Origin: an uncultured virus (IMG/VR IMGVR_UViG_3300028048_001604)
Taxonomy: Duplodnaviria; Heunggongvirae; Uroviricota; Caudoviricetes
Length of the DNA: 64,000 nt
Virus record (IMG/VR): IMGVR_UViG_3300028048_001604
Direction: 5' to 3' (one strand)
Shown here in pieces: positions 59,759-64,000 of the stretch. Under the pieces are notes generated by a model. That model had not been told where the DNA came from, searched no databases, and saw nothing but the letters and a program-made list of their open reading frames with translations. How positions within the stretch are numbered: the stretch's first letter is position 1; every line of letters begins with the position of its first letter. Both the position numbers and the translations under genes were made by a program.

Positions 59759-60329
59759 CTCCCTTATACTTTGAAAAACTTAGAATCGCTTTTACAACTT
59801 CTGCTATGGATTCATCTGCCTGACATACCCTAGCTATTGTTTGAGTAGCCTTCCGATACCCTTTTAAGGCATTACTGATACAGGCTTTGAAGTTGATATT
59901 ATAAGTTTCTCTGCATTTCTTATCTATGGTGCTAATATCTGAAAGTATTTGAATGTATTCATCTCTATCATCAAGATACTCGTACATATCTACCTGCGTG
60001 TATCGTTCGCTCATCTTCTTTTCTACTGTATTGAGTACAGATACTTTGGTATCGTCTTCGCCAAGCATATCAATAGAAAGTTTTTTCTTATCCTCATTGA
60101 ACTGCTTTATCTTATCAAAGCGTTTACTGCTGTAGATATACCCACCTATGTTAAACTTCTCTGGGTGGTAAAACTCTTTACCCTTGAGAGCTTGATAATA
60201 AACTACATACACATCATCTAGCATATCGTCTTTTAGTTTATTTACATTCTTGAATAGGCTTTCATACCTTGTCGGTAATTTATTTTTGCCTAACGATATA
60301 CCATAACTGTAACTAGAAAGTAAAGACAT
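59715..60329 (-). CDS. hypothetical protein, possibly sigma-factor-like
   Basis: DDMLDD...NIGGYIY...KKKLSIDML pattern; own promoter. Confidence 0.4.
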   Translation of the reverse strand: MSLLSSYSYGISLGKNKLPTRYESLFKNVNKLKDDMLDDVYVVYYQALKGKEFYHPEKFNIGGYIYSSKRFDKIKQFNEDKKKLSIDMLGEDDTKVSVLNTVEKKMSERYTQVDMYEYLDDRDEYIQILSDISTIDKKCRETYNINFKACISNALKGYRKATQTIARVCQADESIAEVVKAILSFSKYKGVVDEEFAFTKKSFM

Positions 60330-60351
60330 AACATCTCCTTATGTTAACTAT

Positions 60352-60380
60352 ATTATAACACATTTTACGAGAGAAGTCAA
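60352..60380 (-). promoter_or_regulatory. sigmaA promoter with extended -10
   Basis: TTGACT-17 nt-TATAAT with TG extension. Confidence 0.8.
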
Positions 60381-60381
60381 A

Positions 60382-60765
60382 CTATTTCTGCGTTAAAGCA
60401 TTGATAACTGCTTTAACATTTTCATCTTCGACTGCAATACCCTGACCTTGAACAATTACTTTCATAACACCATCTTTATCTTTTACTACTGACTGAATAT
60501 CTTTAACGTCTACCCAAGTATCTGCTAGTTTTACTTGAATCGAATTGGAATCAAACTTTACAGAATCGCTAGGAGTGTACTGAGATATTACACTAGTAAC
60601 ATTATCCATGTTTATGTGGTCTGGCACTTTAATTGCAAAACTGTAGATAGCAATCGTGCAAATGATACCTATTGTTAGCAACTTGAAAAACAACTTCTTG
60701 ATTAAAAAGAGTGCTAACAGGATAACTACAATAGCACATAGAAAAACGATAATTTGGTCTGACAT
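60382..60765 (-). CDS. membrane protein (2 N-terminal TM)
   Basis: hydrophobic N-terminal hairpin. Confidence 0.65.
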   Translation of the reverse strand: MSDQIIVFLCAIVVILLALFLIKKLFFKLLTIGIICTIAIYSFAIKVPDHINMDNVTSVISQYTPSDSVKFDSNSIQVKLADTWVDVKDIQSVVKDKDGVMKVIVQGQGIAVEDENVKAVINALTQK

Positions 60766-60777
60766 AAAACTTACCCC

Positions 60778-61422
60778 CTATGAACGGTTCAGAATATCAG
60801 CAAATGACAGTTTTCTTACCTTTGTAGTCTGTCTTGATGCCCTTGGTGAACCTGACGTTCTTTTAATGTCCTGCTCCTTTAAGACAAATACCCCATATTC
60901 AGTAGCAGGAATAAAGTCCTCTACTGAAATTGTATCCTTACAACTAATACCTTTCTTCTGATATACGTTATAAGGAATTGTGCCCCAATTAATACCCTTG
61001 AGGTTGATAAGGTCTCCACCAGAAATACGAATATTATTATACTTATTACTATAATCCCAAACTTTTCTGAGGTCTGCAAAGTCATCTGATACTTTGAAAA
61101 CAATGTGCAGATTTGGATTGATACCTGCATATAATTTAACATCGTCTTCAGTGAAAATATCTCCAATGTTTACAATGCAGTAAGTATATACGCTTGAAAG
61201 GTCTAGGTCTTTTAGATTACCCTGTTCTAGTGGGTTTCCAAAATACTCTACTGCAATAACATTCTTACTACCCTTGACGGTCTCAAGTACTTCCGAAATG
61301 TTACTCGCGTCTGCACTAACTGTGAATACCACAGATTCATCTCTAAACTTACCTGCTTTTACTGCAATATGCTTATTCAAATATTGTCTTACATCATCAA
61401 CACTAATACTTATTCTCTTCAT
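60778..61422 (-). CDS. hypothetical protein
   Basis: 214-aa ORF, AAGGAG RBS. Confidence 0.7.
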   Translation of the reverse strand: MKRISISVDDVRQYLNKHIAVKAGKFRDESVVFTVSADASNISEVLETVKGSKNVIAVEYFGNPLEQGNLKDLDLSSVYTYCIVNIGDIFTEDDVKLYAGINPNLHIVFKVSDDFADLRKVWDYSNKYNNIRISGGDLINLKGINWGTIPYNVYQKKGISCKDTISVEDFIPATEYGVFVLKEQDIKRTSGSPRASRQTTKVRKLSFADILNRS

Positions 61423-62402
61423 TTTAAGTTTGCTCCTTTATACTCATTAACCTCAAACATATACATGAATCTCAAAAAATCTGCATCGCTATGCCAACTA
61501 GGTTCTAGCATGGTATAAACTGAAAGTAATCTACTCATAGGTATATCTTTTAGTCTCCATATAAAACGATTATACCTAGATAACTTTGATTCATTATACC
61601 CTGTAGGGAGATTTTCTATTCGCTTATAGATTGTACCGCTAATAAGCAATTCTTTAATCTGTATGAATGACTTGAGATTTGCTAGTAGATAATTATGAGT
61701 GGTCGAATACCCTAAGGCGTCTACCAATTCTAGACCTGCTTTTACCCTATTTTTCATTTTTGTTTTAGCACCACGTTCTGATGTACTAGGAGTAAAGTTT
61801 AATATATTTATTAAGTAACTCTCTGTTGTTAGACCGCCTATACCAAACTGCTCCGTTATTTGACGCTTTGTTTTCAACTCGGTGCCATCATGTAGTGCCT
61901 TAAATATTTGCATACATACGTCTATATCTCCCGAATAACCCTCACGTACAAACTTCAAAAGATTCTTATCTAGCTTGTCTGGACATATAGTGTCGTATAG
62001 AAATAGAAAATCATTAGTCCTTAAATACTTAAAATAGAAATCGTAGATAATGGTTGTAGTCTTACGGAAAGAATCTTTGAACTTCTTGAATACCCCATAG
62101 TTTTCACAAGTACATAAGAATGTTACTGTTGTAGACATACTAATTGTCCTATGTAATTCTTTATTATTAAGTTTCATTAAGTCTATTTGAACAAACCATC
62201 TATCTCCAAAAGGTGGAACAATACCCTGCAGGTCACGAACTTTTGCTAAATCCTTTTGAGTATGTACCTCAATAATAGTATCTCTCGTAGTACCTATACG
62301 AGCCTTTAATTTATCTACCATATAGATTGTTAAAAGGTTACTAGGTGATTGCAAAAGTACTACATCTGGTAGAGGTCGTTCACTTAAATCTCGTAAAAGC
62401 AC
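61419..62402 (-). CDS. possible clamp-loader delta (HolA-like) subunit
   Basis: 327 aa; VVLLQ, PPFGDRWFVQI (compare PFFxxRRLVxV), GYSGDI patterns; no Walker A. Confidence 0.4.
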   Translation of the reverse strand: MLLRDLSERPLPDVVLLQSPSNLLTIYMVDKLKARIGTTRDTIIEVHTQKDLAKVRDLQGIVPPFGDRWFVQIDLMKLNNKELHRTISMSTTVTFLCTCENYGVFKKFKDSFRKTTTIIYDFYFKYLRTNDFLFLYDTICPDKLDKNLLKFVREGYSGDIDVCMQIFKALHDGTELKTKRQITEQFGIGGLTTESYLINILNFTPSTSERGAKTKMKNRVKAGLELVDALGYSTTHNYLLANLKSFIQIKELLISGTIYKRIENLPTGYNESKLSRYNRFIWRLKDIPMSRLLSVYTMLEPSWHSDADFLRFMYMFEVNEYKGANLK

Positions 62403-64000
62403 TTATACCTCCTTGACAAAGCCAAACTGCTTTGCATTCGCTCTTAATTCATCACATAGTACTGTGATGATAGTATTATAAACCTTACCGAATTTTAATT
62501 CATCCCAAAAGTCACGCTGAACCTGAACAAAGCCTGCATCCCACTCTGTAACTTTATCTCTGTCAGAATAAGACGCTGAAAAATATAACTTTACAAAATC
62601 ATATAACTTCTTGGCAGTTTCAGACCAATAAGATTTTGATTCTTCAATCTGCTTTAATACAAAACCATTCTCTGCTGTAGTATTCTTAAGGTCTTCAAGT
62701 ACCCTAGGGTCTTTGCATACTGATTCTACATCTGCCTTACTTAAAATAAACATCTTATTCATAAATGTAGTACCCTTACCACGATAAGAATAAGCTTTAT
62801 TATCTGAATCAAGTAAGAATAATACAAGGGCATTTCTTAACCAACTAGCAAAGCCTTCGCTTTCAGTATTGGGTGCATATAATACCCTGCCCTCATAAGT
62901 TGTATTGTCGGCATACAATCTTCTAAATGTATAGTTGGCTACACATCTCCAAAAGTTTTCTTCAGTGATTGATACATAGCCTTGCTTATATGGTAGAGTT
63001 GTGATACTTCTGTTATGGATATTATCATTACCCATTACACCTAAAGCACCCTCAAGAATAGGAGAAGTTACCAACTCGCCATCTTTATGTTTAATCTCAA
63101 CAGGTAACTGAAGTCTTGGTAGTACAGTCTTGAAAGCACCACTTCTATCAACTACCCAATCGTACAAAGACATGGTATCAGTATCCCTAGATACAGTAAC
63201 TGTATTCTTCAACTCAATTTTACCATCTAATGTCTTTACACGCTTTTCTAGAACTACATTAGTGTCTAGAGTTGCACTATCGAACCAGTCACCTCTTGAC
63301 TGCATAATAAGATATACAAAATCATCGGTAATAAAACCGTTATTCTCAAATTTATATACCTTGTTTAGTTGTACTAGCATATCACTAGTAGTAAAATCAA
63401 CTGGAGCAATTATGCTCAATCTGACATTTTGCTTCTGTAGAAGTACAGTAAGTAGCATAATCTGATACAGGTATTGATACCCTGTTGACTTGCTGAACGG
63501 AGTGAAGTCAGTAAAATTTAATGCTACGGTAGGCTCCTGCATTGACTTTGTTACTGCGGAACTGCCACTACCCATATTAAGAATGTCTAAATGAATTACT
63601 AATTCCTTGTCGCTATTTAATGCCTCACGCAATTTAGATGGTAGTTTACTTAAAAAACTATCTAATGTGTAGTCGTTTAATTCATACCCAATCAAATTAA
63701 AATCTGAAACGTCTACATTCGGTGTCTTATTCAAAGTCAGTGCATTTAAAACGTCTGGCTTGCAAGACATGGCAACGCAATCAAGACTGCTAGGATAGTT
63801 TAATGAATCTGAAAGTGACCATAAAAGTGTATCGTTTGAAGAAATATTTTCAAGTAACTTTGTAAATACCTCTGATTCAAGAACTGAATCAATATGTGTG
63901 GTCGTAGAAATAGTACCCTGAATTATATTCTCTAACTCAGCCTTACTTTCTTTAATCTCGTCTAAAGTACTGCCTCTATCTATAAATGTGTTTACAATAA
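62403..64000 (-). CDS. large hypothetical protein, 5'-partial; C-terminus resembles the specificity region of some type IIG-like R-M proteins
   Basis: Frame stays open from 63770 to the window end (IVNTFIDRG...LDCVAMSCK); ITEENF..RR..APN..NAL and WDAGFVQ motifs. Confidence 0.6.
   Translation of the reverse strand, partial: IVNTFIDRGSTLDEIKESKAELENIIQGTISTTTHIDSVLESEVFTKLLENISSNDTLLWSLSDSLNYPSSLDCVAMSCKPDVLNALTLNKTPNVDVSDFNLIGYELNDYTLDSFLSKLPSKLREALNSDKELVIHLDILNMGSGSSAVTKSMQEPTVALNFTDFTPFSKSTGYQYLYQIMLLTVLLQKQNVRLSIIAPVDFTTSDMLVQLNKVYKFENNGFITDDFVYLIMQSRGDWFDSATLDTNVVLEKRVKTLDGKIELKNTVTVSRDTDTMSLYDWVVDRSGAFKTVLPRLQLPVEIKHKDGELVTSPILEGALGVMGNDNIHNRSITTLPYKQGYVSITEENFWRCVANYTFRRLYADNTTYEGRVLYAPNTESEGFASWLRNALVLFLLDSDNKAYSYRGKGTTFMNKMFILSKADVESVCKDPRVLEDLKNTTAENGFVLKQIEESKSYWSETAKKLYDFVKLYFSASYSDRDKVTEWDAGFVQVQRDFWDELKFGKVYNTIITVLCDELRANAKQFGFVKEV

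Noticed and set aside
411..63465. Other plus-strand and nested short ORFs in the track
   Set aside because: Nearly all lie antisense to or within longer motif-bearing minus-strand genes and lack RBS or recognisable domains.
1..64000. Alternative genetic code or stop-codon reassignment
   Set aside because: Standard-code ORFs tile the minus strand densely, and TAA, TAG and TGA all end genes.
1..64000. tRNA, rRNA or phage structural genes
   Set aside because: None recognised by eye; divergent virion proteins among the ORFans cannot be excluded without profile searches.

Overview
AT-rich, gene-dense 64 kb segment of what looks like a very large extrachromosomal element (megaplasmid or jumbo-phage-like replicon) of a low-GC Gram-positive host (Bacillota, probably Clostridia; inferred from sigmaA-type promoters and AGGAG ribosome-binding sites). 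Every credible gene is on the minus strand. The window encodes a broad DNA replication/recombination set: family-A DNA polymerase with a 155-aa mini-intein, Toprim primase without a Zn finger, probable gp32-like SSB, beta-clamp-like and delta-like proteins, RecJ, UvrD, RecD2, SbcD, YhaM, and an SbcC/Rad50 split into two distant genes at the zinc hook. It also encodes envelope/transfer-type proteins (SAF/CpaB-like protein, FtsK/HerA/VirD4-like ATPase, membrane-anchored lysozyme, many single-pass membrane proteins), an HD-GYP phosphodiesterase, a split Eco57I-like methyltransferase, a truncated tnpB and many ORFans. A 2.9 kb non-coding block (about 11910-14830) is built from several repeat families and is the candidate origin or partition locus. 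The most striking unexplained signal is the hexamer GGGTAT (ATACCC on +). It is roughly ten-fold or more over-represented, almost completely strand-polarised, occurs in all three codon phases and recurs in the non-coding repeats. No capsid, terminase, rRNA, tRNA or CRISPR array was recognised. All annotations are by-eye motif recognition without database searches.
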